From contig CAXHJY010000859.1 in the NCBI GenBank assembly GCA_964016885.1, forward strand, positions 1 through 64,000: DNA of 64,000 nt, in the 5' to 3' direction. Below, one piece after another: positions 44,950 through 57,639 of the stretch (positions within the stretch are counted from its first letter, which is position 1; each line of letters starts with the position of its first letter). This DNA comes from Eledone cirrhosa (taxonomy: Eukaryota). Below the pieces are notes generated by a model. The model did no database searches and was not told the origin of the DNA. It saw only the letters and a list, made by a program, of their open reading frames with translations. The position numbers and the translations under genes were made by a program.

Positions 44950-45585
44950 TCATAATATGACACAACGGTTGCGCCGTAATGCGTCCTGTACACGGATAGC
45001 CGTGGTCTTATGTCCGTAATCTATATAGTCAATAGCTTTCATGAGTTCTTTGAATAACAGCACTATATGCCAGTTATATTTGGCCGAACACTCCACATAG
45101 CCACATTTCCATTGTTTTTTTACCACGTTGGCAACCTCGCGACGCGACATACCCCGCTCCTCGGCCTGGTCGTGTTTATTACCCACCACGAACATGGGCA
45201 CGTCTTGCATGTCCCTGCTCTCGATGATCTGTTCACGAAGCGATTTGATGTACTGGAAGCTCTCTTCCGATGTGATGTCGTAGACGAGAACGTAAGCTGT
45301 GGCGCTGCGCAGTTCGTAGCCGCGGAAATCTGTCCACTCGTACAAGGAATTGACGGGGAAATACGGAATGTAGGGAGAGTCTATGATTTTCAGTTCATAC
45401 AGATGATCGTTGATAATAACGGACGGTATATACACCTGTTTCGATTCAGTCGGTTCGTAATCTTCTGTGAAATGGCTGCATACAAACTGTTGGATAATGG
45501 ATGTCTTACCGACGCCCGGGGCTCCGAGAATGGCCAGCTTCACTTTCTGTAGCTCTGAATCGAGCGCTACATGATTGGTGGCCAT
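44950..45585 (-). CDS. RASL10B: Ras-like protein family member 10 (RASL10B-like) small GTPase, 211 aa, single coding exon
   Basis: P-loop GAPGVGKT, G4 NKHD, G5 CSAK, the family-typical FPVNSL.EW and WKCGYVECSAKYNWHI motifs, C-terminal ALRRNRCVIL (CAAX). Candidate splice acceptor tttaacag 7 nt upstream of the ATG. Confidence 0.95.
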   Translation of the reverse strand: MATNHVALDSELQKVKLAILGAPGVGKTSIIQQFVCSHFTEDYEPTESKQVYIPSVIINDHLYELKIIDSPYIPYFPVNSLYEWTDFRGYELRSATAYVLVYDITSEESFQYIKSLREQIIESRDMQDVPMFVVGNKHDQAEERGMSRREVANVVKKQWKCGYVECSAKYNWHIVLLFKELMKAIDYIDYGHKTTAIRVQDALRRNRCVIL

Positions 45586-46059
45586 TTTGAATCTGTTAAA
45601 ATGCCCATAAACTAGATGTCTTTACATGTGTGTATGTGTTTGTGTAATTAAGTATGTAAAGTGTCTATGTATATATGTGTGTGTATGTATGTAAGGTATG
45701 TATGTAAAGTGCGTATGTATATATGTGTGTGTATGTAAGGTATGTATGTAAAGTGTGTATGTATGTATATATGTGTGTATGTATGTAAGGTATGTATGTA
45801 AAATGCGTATGTATCTGTGTGTGTGTATGTATGTAAGGTATGTATGTAAGGTATATATGTAAAGTGTGTATGTATATATGTGTGTGTATGTATGTAAGGT
45901 ATGTATGTAAAGTGTGTATGTATATATATGTGTGTATATATGTAAGGTATGTATGTAAGTTGTTGGGTCAGTAAATCTTTAAGTACGAAAGAAAAGGAAT
46001 CAATACTGTAATAGAGGGAGGAGTGCGGGACAGCGTCCGTCTTATAATAATAATAATTA

Positions 46060-46483
46060 TTATTTCTGATTTAGGCACAAGGCCAGCATTTGTGGGGGTG
46101 AGGGAGAGGAAAGTCGATTAAATCAACCCCAGTGTGTTACTGGTACTTTATTTTATCGACCCCGTAAGGACGAAAGGCAAAGCTAACCTCGGCGGGATTT
46201 GAACTAAGAACGTAAAGAGCCGTAACTCTACGCGGCGAACCAGGGTGTCTGACGTTCTACCGATTAATAATAATAATAATAATGATTTCTAGTTTAGGCA
46301 CAAAGCCAGTAATTTGGGGGGGGGGGGAGGAAAGTCGATTAAATCGACTCCAGTACGTGACTGGTACTTTATTTTATCGACCCGGTAAGGACGAAAGACA
46401 AAGCTAACCTCGACGGGATTTGAACTGAGAACGTAAAGAGCCGTAGCTCTACGCAACGAACCAGGGCGTCTGACGTTCTACCG

Positions 46484-46487
<4 letters not shown>
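46060..46487 (-). mobile_element. Tandem pair of S1 SINEs in (TAA)n
   Basis: Two antisense copies, about 46060-46265 and 46280-46487. Confidence 0.8.
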
Positions 46488-46535
<48 letters not shown>

Positions 46536-46814
46536 TAAAAATAGATTATATTCCCTGTTGAGTGATATATTAGAGTTTCGAGACAACGATAATGTGTTTT
46601 TTTCTTTTCTTCCTTTTTTTCCTTTTTTTCCTTTTTATTTTTATTACGATGACTGATTTATCTGATTGCTTCCATGACGAAATATCGTGCAACGGGACTT
46701 TAATCTACGGGCAACGAGACTATAACCTATGTCCAACGAGAAATCAATTGGAGTGACATTATTAACGATGTTGATAATTTCTTTTTGATTTTTTTTGTTA
46801 TTGATATTGTTTAT

Positions 46815-46846
<32 letters not shown>

Positions 46847-46848
46847 TG

Positions 46849-46895
<47 letters not shown>

Positions 46896-47055
46896 TAATA
46901 TTTTTCCTTAGATAATATACGAAGTGATTTGGTTTATATTTATACAATTATATGTTTTTATAATTTTGTTTTTAATGTAAAAATATATTTCACTATTCAT
47001 CGTTATAAATTCTTTATCATCATCATCATCGTCAGTGTTATTATATTAATTATTA

Positions 47056-47088
<33 letters not shown>

Positions 47089-47683
47089 GGAGGAGGAGGA
47101 GTAGTGGTGGTGGTGGTGGTGGTGGTGGTGGTGGTGGTGGTGGTGGTGGTGGTGGTGGTGGTGGTGGTGGTGGTAGAATTAGTAATGGTAGTAGTATGGT
47201 AGTAGTAATAGTAGTAGTGGTGGTGGTGGTGGTGGTGGTGGTAGTAGTGGTGGTGGTGGTAGTAGTGGTGGTAGTAGTGGTAGTGGTGGTAGTGGTGGTA
47301 GATGTGTCAGTGGTGGTGATGGTGGTGGTGGTGATGGTGATGGCGCCTGTGTTTTTTGGTGATGGCGTCGACGGTGGTGGTGGTGTTAGTGGTAATGTTG
47401 GTGGTGGTGATGGTGATGATGATGGTGGTGGTGGTGATGGCGTCTGTGATGGTGATGATGGTGGTGTCAGTGGTAGTGGTGGTGGTGGTGGTGGTGGTGG
47501 TGTCAGTAGTGGTGGTGGTGGTGGTGGTGGTGTTATATGTTTCAATTTTATAGTTATTTCCCCCGCCAATAATTAATAGATTCAGTAATCGAAAATTTCA
47601 ATTAAAATGACATCATCTTTTCATTATTATATTCATCATCATCATCGTCGTCATATTTATCATTGTAATCGTCATTATTATTA

Positions 47684-47724
<41 letters not shown>

Positions 47725-47725
47725 T

Positions 47726-48100
47726 TCTTGGAGTCTCAGTCATTGATGTTATTTAACTGGAAAGTTTGTTCAAATGAACATCAAGCTGTTATCTGCGGCC
47801 TCAGATATTCAGGACGTATCGTAGGGTTCTTGCTGTTCCCAGCAAGCATGCCTTTTGAAATGTTAAAAAAGGGGGGGGGGCTGGACTAATGTTCTTTAAC
47901 CATCCTTGGAAACTCTTTGAGATAGTACCTAGTGTTTCTATGACAATTAGGATGACCTCGATCTCACGACAGTTCCAAATCCTTTTCAATTCCCACTTTA
48001 AATTCTGGTTAATTTTCGTCTCCTTCTCCTGCACCCTTGTGTCAAAGGGCCAGGCTACATCTACCATCAGGCACAATCATTTTTCCTTGTCAAAAAAAAC
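47726..48100 (-). mobile_element. 5'-truncated R4/Dong-like non-LTR retrotransposon (C-terminal restriction-like endonuclease region)
   Basis: ORF 47801-48076: VDVAWPFDTRVQEKE...LKWELKRIW...IVIETLGTISK...FQKACLLGTARTLRYVL; flanked by (TAA)n, the known Dong/R4 target. Confidence 0.75.
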
Positions 48101-48339
48101 CCACTAGGTCTTATTATTATTCGGTTTTATTATAACCCACCACTGTCCCTGTCTTATGTATTGGCCCCTATGGTGTTGTTTGTTTGTTTGTTTGCTGTCC
48201 CTTCTATAGGAGTCAATGAGTGAGGAGGATGATGATGATGAGAATAAGGGACGAATATTCACGGGGGAAGTATATTTTTATTCTTAAGTCTCCATTATTT
48301 ATTGGGATTCCACGTTTTGAGGGTCGCGTGTTGTTAATC

Positions 48340-48780
48340 CGATCGTTTACATGTTGGGTCACATGTTGGGTCACATGTGACTCACATGTTGGTTACTTAC
48401 GTTATTGCTGTTTAGACGTTGGTCGAACGTTAATCAACCGAGTGCCACATGTTGGCCAAACGCTGCCTTCGCGCGCCGTTCCTTACGTGGCGGTCACGTG
48501 CTACTACTCACATGCTGCCGGCCGCATGTCACTGGTCACATGCTACTTGTCGCCTGATGTTGGTCACGTGATGCTGGTTACATGCCGTTTGACGCCTGTG
48601 ACTGGTCACGTGATGCTGGTCACATGCTACTTGTCGCCTGATGTTGGTCACGTGATGCTGGTTACATGCTGTTTGTCGCCTGTGACTGGTCACGTGATGC
48701 TGGTTACATGTTACTTGTCGCCTGTCGCTGGTCACATGCCAATGGTCACGTGCCGCTGGTCGTGTGCTGCTGGTCACATA
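48340..48780. repeat. Degenerate GGTCAC(G/A)TG-rich tandem repeat (84-bp duplicated unit)
   Basis: Repeated ggtcacgtgatgctgg(t/c)acatg. Confidence 0.7.
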
Positions 48781-48883
48781 CTTTGAGCGCTCGTTGATTA
48801 CATTTTACAACGATATACGCCGCACTCTTTCACATTCCATGTCTAATTGTCTCTCTTTCGTTTTCTCCTTTTTGCTGTGGTTT

Positions 48884-48920
<37 letters not shown>

Positions 48921-49191
48921 AGGTCTTGCAGTTTGCTTTCTTCGTCTTCTTCATCTATGTCTCACTTCAGATTCCGTCATATCGTCGTCTTCTTATATCT
49001 GTTGAAATATATAAAAAAGAAATATAAATAAAAAATGTAAAGCTATATAAATATATCTATATATATATGTATATATCTATATGTATATATATATATGTAT
49101 ATATCTATATGTATATATCTATGTGTATATATATATATGTATGTATGTATATATATATATATATATGTGTGTGTGTATATATATGTATATA

Positions 49192-49284
49192 CAGGGTGTC
49201 CCCAAGAATTTGACATCATTGAGCTAGACTTAGTAGTTTTCGAGATATTTGCTTTTAAAATGTCAAATTTTTTGGGACACCCTG
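49192..49284. mobile_element. Tc1/mariner-type MITE (93 bp)
   Basis: TIRs cagggtgtcccaagaatttgacat / atgtcaaattttttgggacaccctg with TA on both sides; a related end at about 41100-41115. Confidence 0.8.
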
Positions 49285-49406
49285 TATATATATGTATATA
49301 TATATACATTTTAAGTATATATATGTATATATATATATATAACTATATATATATATGTATATACATAATATATAAGAACAAAAGATGGTTAAAGGAGTTC
49401 CATGTA

Positions 49407-49473
49407 TTTTATTATGCGCATTTCAAAAACAAATATCATCATGCAATAATATTTGTGTTTTCATCAGATAAAA
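49407..49473 (-). ncRNA. Type I HHR (family P) within element 49374-49557
   Basis: UUUUAU-CUGAUGA-AAACACAAAUAUUAU...AUGAUAUUUGUUUUU-GAAA-UGCGCA-UA-AUAAAA; palindromic stem III AUGCGCAU; short fold-back at 49511-49557. Confidence 0.8.
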
Positions 49474-49799
49474 CAGGAGGACATGATATGAAGGCTAAAA
49501 AACACTTGTGGATAGTTCAGTTTTAAATCAATATGTTGATTTAAAACTGAACTATCACACACACACACACACATGCACACACACATATATATAATTGTGT
49601 CCTTTTGATTTGTAGCTGCACACCCATTCCTAATTTCCCTCAACCCTACCACCACCACCACCACCACCACAACCACCACCACCACCACCACCACCACCAC
49701 CACCACCACCAGTCATTACCACCACCACCACCACCACCACCACCACCACCACCAGTCATCACCACCACCACCACCACCAGTCACCACCACCACCACCAC

Positions 49800-50095
49800 C
49801 AAATAAAGTGTCTTGCTCAAGGACATAACACATCACCTGGTTCGAGTGATTGCGAATCCAACATTCTCACCACTGAGCCGCGGGTCTTCACATATAGGCA
49901 CGATCGAATTTCGTCAAATCGGACCGAGGAAACAATGTTTCCATTGGTCTTTCCAGTTGCTAGTACTATCTATCGGTCGCAACTCCAGGTAGAAGGAGCA
50001 ACGCGAAATAAAGTGTCTTGCTCAAGGACATAACGCATCGCCCCATCCAGGAATCGAACTCACAACCTCACGATTGCGAATCCAATTCTATTACC
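49800..50095 (-). mobile_element. SINE family S2, one partial and one near-full copy
   Basis: Near-identical to 11462-11680. Confidence 0.8.
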
Positions 50096-50254
50096 ATATT
50101 CTCTTCACATTAACATTGATAAAATACCGCATATCTTAGTGGAGTTGGGGTGGGGCTGTTGGTTGATAACATTGATCCCAGTACTAATAGTTACTGGATT
50201 TATTGATCTCGGAAACTGAAATATCGAACTTGAGGATAATTCTGGAAAGTTTCA

Positions 50255-50269
<15 letters not shown>

Positions 50270-50286
<17 letters not shown>

Positions 50287-50885
50287 CTGAAGTTGATATC
50301 GTCTAAACACACAGGTTGATATCGTGTAAACACACAGGTTTATATATTGGAAATACATATAATTGATATCGTGGAAATACATAAGTTAATATCGTGTAAA
50401 CACACAGGTTGATATCGTGTAAACACACAGGTTGATATCGTGTAAACACACAGGTTGATATCGTGTAAACACACAGGTTGATATCGTGTAAACACACAGG
50501 TTGATATCGTGTAAACACACAGGTTGATATCGTGTAAACACACAGGTTGACATCGTGTAAACACACAGGTTGATATCGTGTAAACACACAGGTTAATATC
50601 GTGTAAACACACAGGTTGATATCGTGTAAACACACTGGTTAATATCGTGTAAACACACAGGTTAATATCGTGTAAACACACAGGTTAATATCGTGTAAAC
50701 ACACAGGTTGATATCGTGTAAACACACAGGTTGATATCGTGCAAACACACTGGTTAATATATTGGAAATACATATAATTGATATCGTGGAAATACAGAAG
50801 TTGATATGGTGGAAATACACATAAATTAATATAATTAAAAAGACATATAAGTTAATATTGTGGAAATACACATATGTTGATATCA
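50270..50885. repeat. 23-bp minisatellite (GTGTAAACACACAGGTTGATATC)n
   Basis: Direct reading. Confidence 0.92.
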
Positions 50886-50930
50886 CAAAAATAATTTTGT
50901 ACTGAGTTACACTGACTTAGTGCAATGATA

Positions 50931-51039
<109 letters not shown>

Positions 51040-51040
51040 A

Positions 51041-51082
<42 letters not shown>

Positions 51083-51277
51083 TAGGAAAAAGTATGACCC
51101 CGACGGCAGAGCTCAAGCCGTTTCGACGGCTATTTCTGGTCCAGAAATAGCCGTCGAAACGGCTTGAGCTCTGCCGTCGGGGTCATACTTTTTCCTATTT
51201 CCCACTCTACTACCCTACGTATTGAGTACTCTGGTGCGTTATGGTCCACCTGGTTCCTTACCACAATTCTTTTGTTA
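51083..51277 (+). mobile_element. Fold-back element family F
   Basis: Palindrome of about 58-bp arms centred on ctggtccag, plus a tail; sister copies at 51484-51690, 52135-52337, 55880-56088 and 60740-60925. Confidence 0.85.
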
Positions 51278-51300
51278 TATATATATATATATATATATAT

Positions 51301-51472
51301 ATGATATTAAATAAATGGAAACTATATTTATAAAACCATATTTATTTCGTTATATATATTTCAGGGATATCATATTAACAATATGTTATGCCATCTTCAG
51401 ACAAAATACAATATAAACAGTCTTATAAATAAATAGATACGACATACCTTTCAATCACCTTGCATTTGGGAG
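51301..51472 (-). mobile_element. Family B-related single arm with HHR (- strand 51343-51408, CUGAAGA core)
   Basis: Matches the 63400-63518 arm. Confidence 0.75.
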
Positions 51473-51483
51473 GTTATATATAT

Positions 51484-51685
51484 ATAACGAAGGAAATGTG
51501 GTAAGGAACCAGGTGGACCATAACGCACCAGAGTACTCAATACGTAGGGTAGTAGAGTTGTAAATAGGAACGAGTATGACCCCGACGGCTGAGCTCAAGC
51601 CGTTTCGACGGCTAATTCTGGACTAAAAAAAAAAAATTTTTTTAGTCGAAACGGCTTGAGCTCAGCCGTCGGGGTCCTACTCGTT

Positions 51686-51690
<5 letters not shown>
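51484..51690 (-). mobile_element. Fold-back element family F
   Basis: Same arms; centre ctggact-A13-T8-agtc. Confidence 0.85.
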
Positions 51691-51755
<65 letters not shown>

Positions 51756-51860
51756 CATACATATATAGAAAAAAAGTGTGAAGAGAAGTGAGAGAGAATG
51801 CGTGTGAGATAGATAGATAGACATATATAGATATATAGATAGAGAGAGAGAGAGACTGAG

Positions 51861-51936
<76 letters not shown>

Positions 51937-52134
51937 TTTGTAGATAGATATATAATATATAGTTGGTGGTGGAAGAGTGTGGAGATGTTGGCGGGGAAAA
52001 GTATAAAAGTCAGCCGGTGTGACAAGATGGAGCCGTCAGAAGAAAAACATGTATCAGAATTGAAAAGTAAAAATCAGAATTGAAAAGTAAAAGTAGGCGA
52101 GAGAGAGTGAAAGGGATATATATATATATATATA

Positions 52135-52334
52135 TAGGAAAAAGTATGACCCCGACGGCAGAGCTCAAGCCGTTTCGACGGCTATTTCTGGACTTTGTAG
52201 TCCAGATAGCCGTCGAAACGGCTTGAGCTCTGCCGCCGGGGGTCATACTTTTTCCTATTTCCCACTCTACTACCCTAAGTATTGAGTACGCTGGTGCGTT
52301 ATGGTCCACCTGGTTCCTTACCACAATTCCTTTG

Positions 52335-52337
<3 letters not shown>
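52135..52337 (+). mobile_element. Fold-back element family F
   Basis: Centre ctggact-ttgt-agtccag. Confidence 0.85.
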
Positions 52338-52429
<92 letters not shown>

Positions 52430-52646
52430 GAGAGAGAGAGATACAGCGAGAGAGAGAGAGAGAGAGAGAGAAAGGGAGAGAGAGAGATACAGCGAGAGAG
52501 AGAGAGAGAGAGAGAAAGGGAGAGAGAGAGATACAGCGAGAGAAAGAGTGAGAGAGAAAGGGAGAGAGAGAGATAGAGAGAGAAAGGGAGAGAGAGAGAA
52601 GGATAGAGAGAGCGAGAGAAAGAGAGAGAGAAAGAGAGAGAGACAG

Positions 52647-52710
<64 letters not shown>

Positions 52711-52814
52711 GGGTAGAGATAGAGAGAGATAAGGGTAGAGATAGAGAGAGATAGAGAGAGCGAGAGAAAGAGAAAGAGAGATATATATAGAGAGAGAGAT
52801 AGAGAGAGAAGGTT

Positions 52815-52874
<60 letters not shown>

Positions 52875-53205
52875 ATAGAGAGAGATAGAGAGAATGGAAA
52901 GTGGGATACATACTTTCAGACGTTAGTGGAAATCCCTTAAGTTGCGTGAGCAACAGTTAATCTTGTTGTACATGTGTGTGTGTGGTAAGAGTTGTACATG
53001 TGTGTGTGTGGTAAGAGTTGTACTTGTGTGTGTGTAGTAAGAGTTGTTGTACATGTGTGTGTGGTAAGAGTTGTTGTTACTCTATGTGTGTGTGTGTATG
53101 CGTAGAGCAACAGTTAAGGTTAATGTGTGTTTGTGTGTTAGCAATAGTTGATATTAATGGGTGTGTATATATATATATATATATATATACTTATAGATAT
53201 GTATA

Positions 53206-53357
<152 letters not shown>

Positions 53358-53799
53358 GTGTATATATGCGTGTGTAGCAACAGTTAATGCGTGTACGTGT
53401 GCGTGTGTATATATATGTATATGTATATGTATATATGTGTGTGCGTATATATATATGTGTGTGTGTGTATGTATATATGTATATGTATATCTATGTGTGT
53501 ATATATAAATATATATATATGTATATATGTATATATATATATATATAAGTATATATATATATGTGTGTGTGTGTATATATGTATATATATATATATGTGT
53601 GTGTATATATGTGTGTGTGTGTGTGTATATATATGTATATGTATAACAACAGATCGTCTGCTATCGGAATGTTAAGACTGGATGTTCAATCAGCAAACAC
53701 CGCAACAACAATAGCAACAGTTGCAGCAGCAGCAGCAGTGATGGTTGTCGGTAGTTACGAGGGCTGAGGTGCGGACAACAGCAACAGCACTTACAGCAG

Positions 53800-54515
53800 C
53801 TTCGACCTGCTAGAAATACCAGCCAACAGCCCCCTTCAACCAATCCCACTAAAAATAGGTATTTGTTCAACCTGCTAGAAATCGCAGCCATAATCCCCCA
53901 TCACCCCCCCCCTCCCTCTAACCAATCGCACTAAAAACAGGTCTTTGCTCGACCTGCTAGAAATAGCAGCCAACAGCTCCCTCTAACCAATCGCACTAAA
54001 AACAGGTCTTTGCTCGACCTGCTAGAAATAGCAACCAACAGCTCCCTCTAACTAATCGCACTAAAAACAGGTCTTTGCTCGACCTGCTAGAAATAGCAGC
54101 CAACAGCTCCCTCTAACTAATCGCACTAAAAACAGGTCTTTGCGCGACCTGCTAGAAATAGCAGCCAACAGCTCCCTCTAACTAATCGCACTAAAAACAG
54201 GTCTTTGCGCGACCTGCTAGAAATAGCAGCCAACAGCTCTCTCTAACCAATCTCACTAAAAACAGGTCTTTGCTCGACCTGCTAAAAATAGCAGCCAACA
54301 GCACCCTCTAACCAATCTCACTAAAAACAGATCTTTGTTCGACCTGCTAGAAATAGCAGCCAACAGCACCCTCTAACCAATCTCACTAAAAACAGGTCTT
54401 TGCTCGACCTGCTAAAAATAGCAGCCAACAGCTCCTTCTAACCAATCTCACTAAAAACAGGTCTTTGCGCGACCTGCTAGAAATAGCAGCCAGTCGCTCC
54501 CTCTAACCAATCTCA
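53800..54515. repeat. 65-bp minisatellite, about 11 copies
   Basis: Unit cgacctgctagaaatagcagccaacagctccctctaaccaatcgcactaaaaacaggtctttgct. Confidence 0.9.
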
Positions 54516-54560
54516 TTACACCATCATAATCTGGGTAGTAGTAACAGTATTAGTAGTTGC

Positions 54561-54618
<58 letters not shown>

Positions 54619-54978
54619 TCAGCAACGACAACAATAACAGTAGCAACGAGCGAAAGAAGGAAAGGTCCTTAATGAGCCAGTCTTTGTTCGATCCGCTACA
54701 AATAGCAACCAGAAGCTCCTCTACATTTTTACTTCATGTCTCTTGATTTATTTTAAAATGATATAATCTCTATATATAATCTCTCTCTTTCTCATTCTCT
54801 CTCTCTCACTCACTCACTCTCTCTCTCTCTCTCTTATATATATATATATATATATATGTGGGAGGAGGGGTTCAACTGAATACGCGCATATGATTTTTCT
54901 CCCTCTTTTCTTTTTCATTTTCCCTGTTCCTTCTTCTCATCACTCTTTACTTTTTATTTATCTTCTATTTATAACTCT

Positions 54979-55016
54979 GTCTTCTGATGAAGGACTAGTG
55001 TACGAACCGTTAAGAC
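54979..55016 (+). ncRNA. Degenerate HHR candidate
   Basis: GUCUU-CUGAUGA-(weak stem II)-GAAC-CG-UU-AAGAC; stem I perfect, GAAA mutated. Confidence 0.35.
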
Positions 55017-55199
55017 TCTCTTCCTGCTATTTCAAGTGTTAAACTAAAATATTTCTTCCATGTACTGTGCCGTTTGTTTTGTTATGTTTGTTATTACTTT
55101 TAAACAAACAAACACGTATATGGATGTGTGTATATATATATTTAATTTCAATTACCTCTGTATTTTATTTACTTTATTCTTAACTCTGAAGCGGAGAAT

Positions 55200-55745
55200 C
55201 ATTCGGTTTCCTAAATAGAATTTTAGTCTACGACTTCAGTTATACCATTTACGTTGTTTTGTCTTTGCGTGTAATTGTTCTCATTGATCCACATAATGAC
55301 GTATTATCTTCGTTTTTTCCGTTCATTGCCAGAGAACGTCTCCATGAACCACCTAATAGAATATTAGTCTACGACTTCAGCTATACCATAAACGTGGCTT
55401 TGTCTTTGCGTGTAATTGTTTTCACTGCACCAAATAATTGATTCTACTTTAGGCACAAGGCCAGCAATTACCCAGTACATTACTGGTACTTTATTTTATC
55501 GACCCCGTAAGGATGAAAGGCAAAGTTAACACTGCACCAAATAATGATGTATTATCTTCGTTTTTCCCCGTTCTTTGCGAGGGAACGTTTCCACGAACCA
55601 AAGTATCGTCTACCTGTCTTCCTCCGGTTGCAACGTTTTTTGAAATATTTACTTCTGCGTTCACAGATTGACTTTGTTAGTTTCAGAAGATCCCGTTAAG
55701 GGCGAAAGCAGCGATTCTTTGCTTAAACTTTAATCTGTTATTTTA
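55200..55745. mobile_element. Interspersed repeat family Q (partly tandem), interrupted by a truncated S1 SINE with a 16-bp TSD
   Basis: Homologous to 57170-57460; TSD cactgcaccaaataat at 55423-55438 and 55530-55545. Confidence 0.75.
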
Positions 55746-55777
55746 ATAAATATATATATACTGTATATATATTCATA

Positions 55778-56088
<311 letters not shown>

Positions 56089-56216
56089 ATATATATATAC
56101 ATATATATGAATATATATACAGTATATATATATTTATTAAAATTTCACAGAGTTTATATTCATAGAGATCTGGGACTTGTCTATTTCTACTCACTTTCCG
56201 TTGCTTAAACCCTTTT

Positions 56217-56258
<42 letters not shown>

Positions 56259-56422
56259 GGAGAGGGAGAGAAGAGAGAGAGAGATTGAGAGAAGGTGATA
56301 ATGGAGTCGGCTCCATAACTCCTATGGGTGAGCTTGAGCCAATCATCTGAGAAACGCGCGTAACGGGTCGATACATCGATGCACAATAGATATCTTATAT
56401 ATGTAACCGAAAGTTCCTTGCT

Positions 56423-56451
<29 letters not shown>

Positions 56452-56453
<2 letters not shown>

Positions 56454-56665
56454 TAGAAAGTGAGGTTTTTTTTTTACAAAATGAAAAATAACCGAGGTGT
56501 CCTACACGAGTGGAAGTATAAAGAAAAAGGGATGAAATCGAAAATGCAACTGAAGTCTTATTTTTTTTTAAAATATATATATTTATTTGGTTCCTTTACC
56601 GGTTTCGCAGTTCTTCTGCTTTTCAAAAGGTGAGTTGAGATGGAGGGTCTGTGGTTTTTCTCACA

Positions 56666-56668
<3 letters not shown>
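56452..56668 (-). mobile_element. Family K single arm with U3-A8 HHR (- strand 56593-56630)
   Basis: Near-identical to 28864-29076 and ends at the same ctcacat position. Confidence 0.85.
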
Positions 56669-56728
<60 letters not shown>

Positions 56729-56748
56729 ATGTATCTATCTATCTATCT

Positions 56749-56827
<79 letters not shown>

Positions 56828-56830
<3 letters not shown>

Positions 56831-57011
56831 ATCCCGGGTTCAATCGGGGGTAACCACAGTAAGTAAGGCACTCAATACATAGCAGAGTATAAATATTATA
56901 TTTAATATAGAAATGGCTTCTACAAGACTAGAACTGTTTCATTCGGGAGAAATCATCAGGGCTTTTCTGATGATTTCTCCCGAATGAAACAGTTCTAGTC
57001 CTGTAGAAGCC

Positions 57012-57015
<4 letters not shown>
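56828..57015 (-). mobile_element. Fold-back element family N with HHR-like core
   Basis: Arms about 56910-56958 and 56968-57014 containing CUGAUGA-UUUC uccc GAAU-GAAAC; stem I not evident. Confidence 0.6.
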
Positions 57016-57093
<78 letters not shown>

Positions 57094-57169
57094 ATAATAA
57101 TAAATTTGAAGACTAAAACCAAAGAGGGCTCGATAAGGATATATATATATCAAATATATAAGAACCGTA

Positions 57170-57460
57170 AAGCAAATATTAGTCTACGACTTCATTTATA
57201 CCATAAACGTGGTTTTGACTTTGCGTGTAATTGTTTTTCACCGCTCCTATTAATGACGTATTATATTCGTTTTTTCCCCGTTCTTTGCCAGGGAACGTTT
57301 CCACGAACCAAAGTATCGTCTTCCTGTCTTCCTTCGGTTGCAACGTTTTTTTGAAATATTCACTTCTGCGTTCACAGATTGACTTTGTTAGTTTCAGAAG
57401 ATCCCGTTAAGGGTGAAAGCAGCGATTCTTTGCTTAAACTTTAATCTGTTATTTTAATAT
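57170..57460. mobile_element. Interspersed repeat family Q
   Basis: Uninterrupted homologue of 55360-55745. Confidence 0.7.
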
Positions 57461-57467
57461 ATATATA

Positions 57468-57516
<49 letters not shown>

Positions 57517-57589
57517 CCCACTCTCAAGAGCGTAAAATTAATAAACATTTGTTGTACTACCTCTCTGTTTTGTTCCCGTTCAATTTTTC

Positions 57590-57639
<50 letters not shown>

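Noticed and set aside
45067-45552. 161-aa + strand ORF
   Set aside because: Antisense shadow of the RASL10 CDS.
55683-55720. HHR-like CAGAAGA-UCCC/GGG-CGAAAG in family Q (also about 57395-57430)
   Set aside because: U4 is replaced, and there is no U16-H17 site or stem I in either copy; not supportable as an HHR.
56340-56370. GAAACGCGCGUA resembling HHR stem III
   Set aside because: No upstream CUGANGA or stem II identified.
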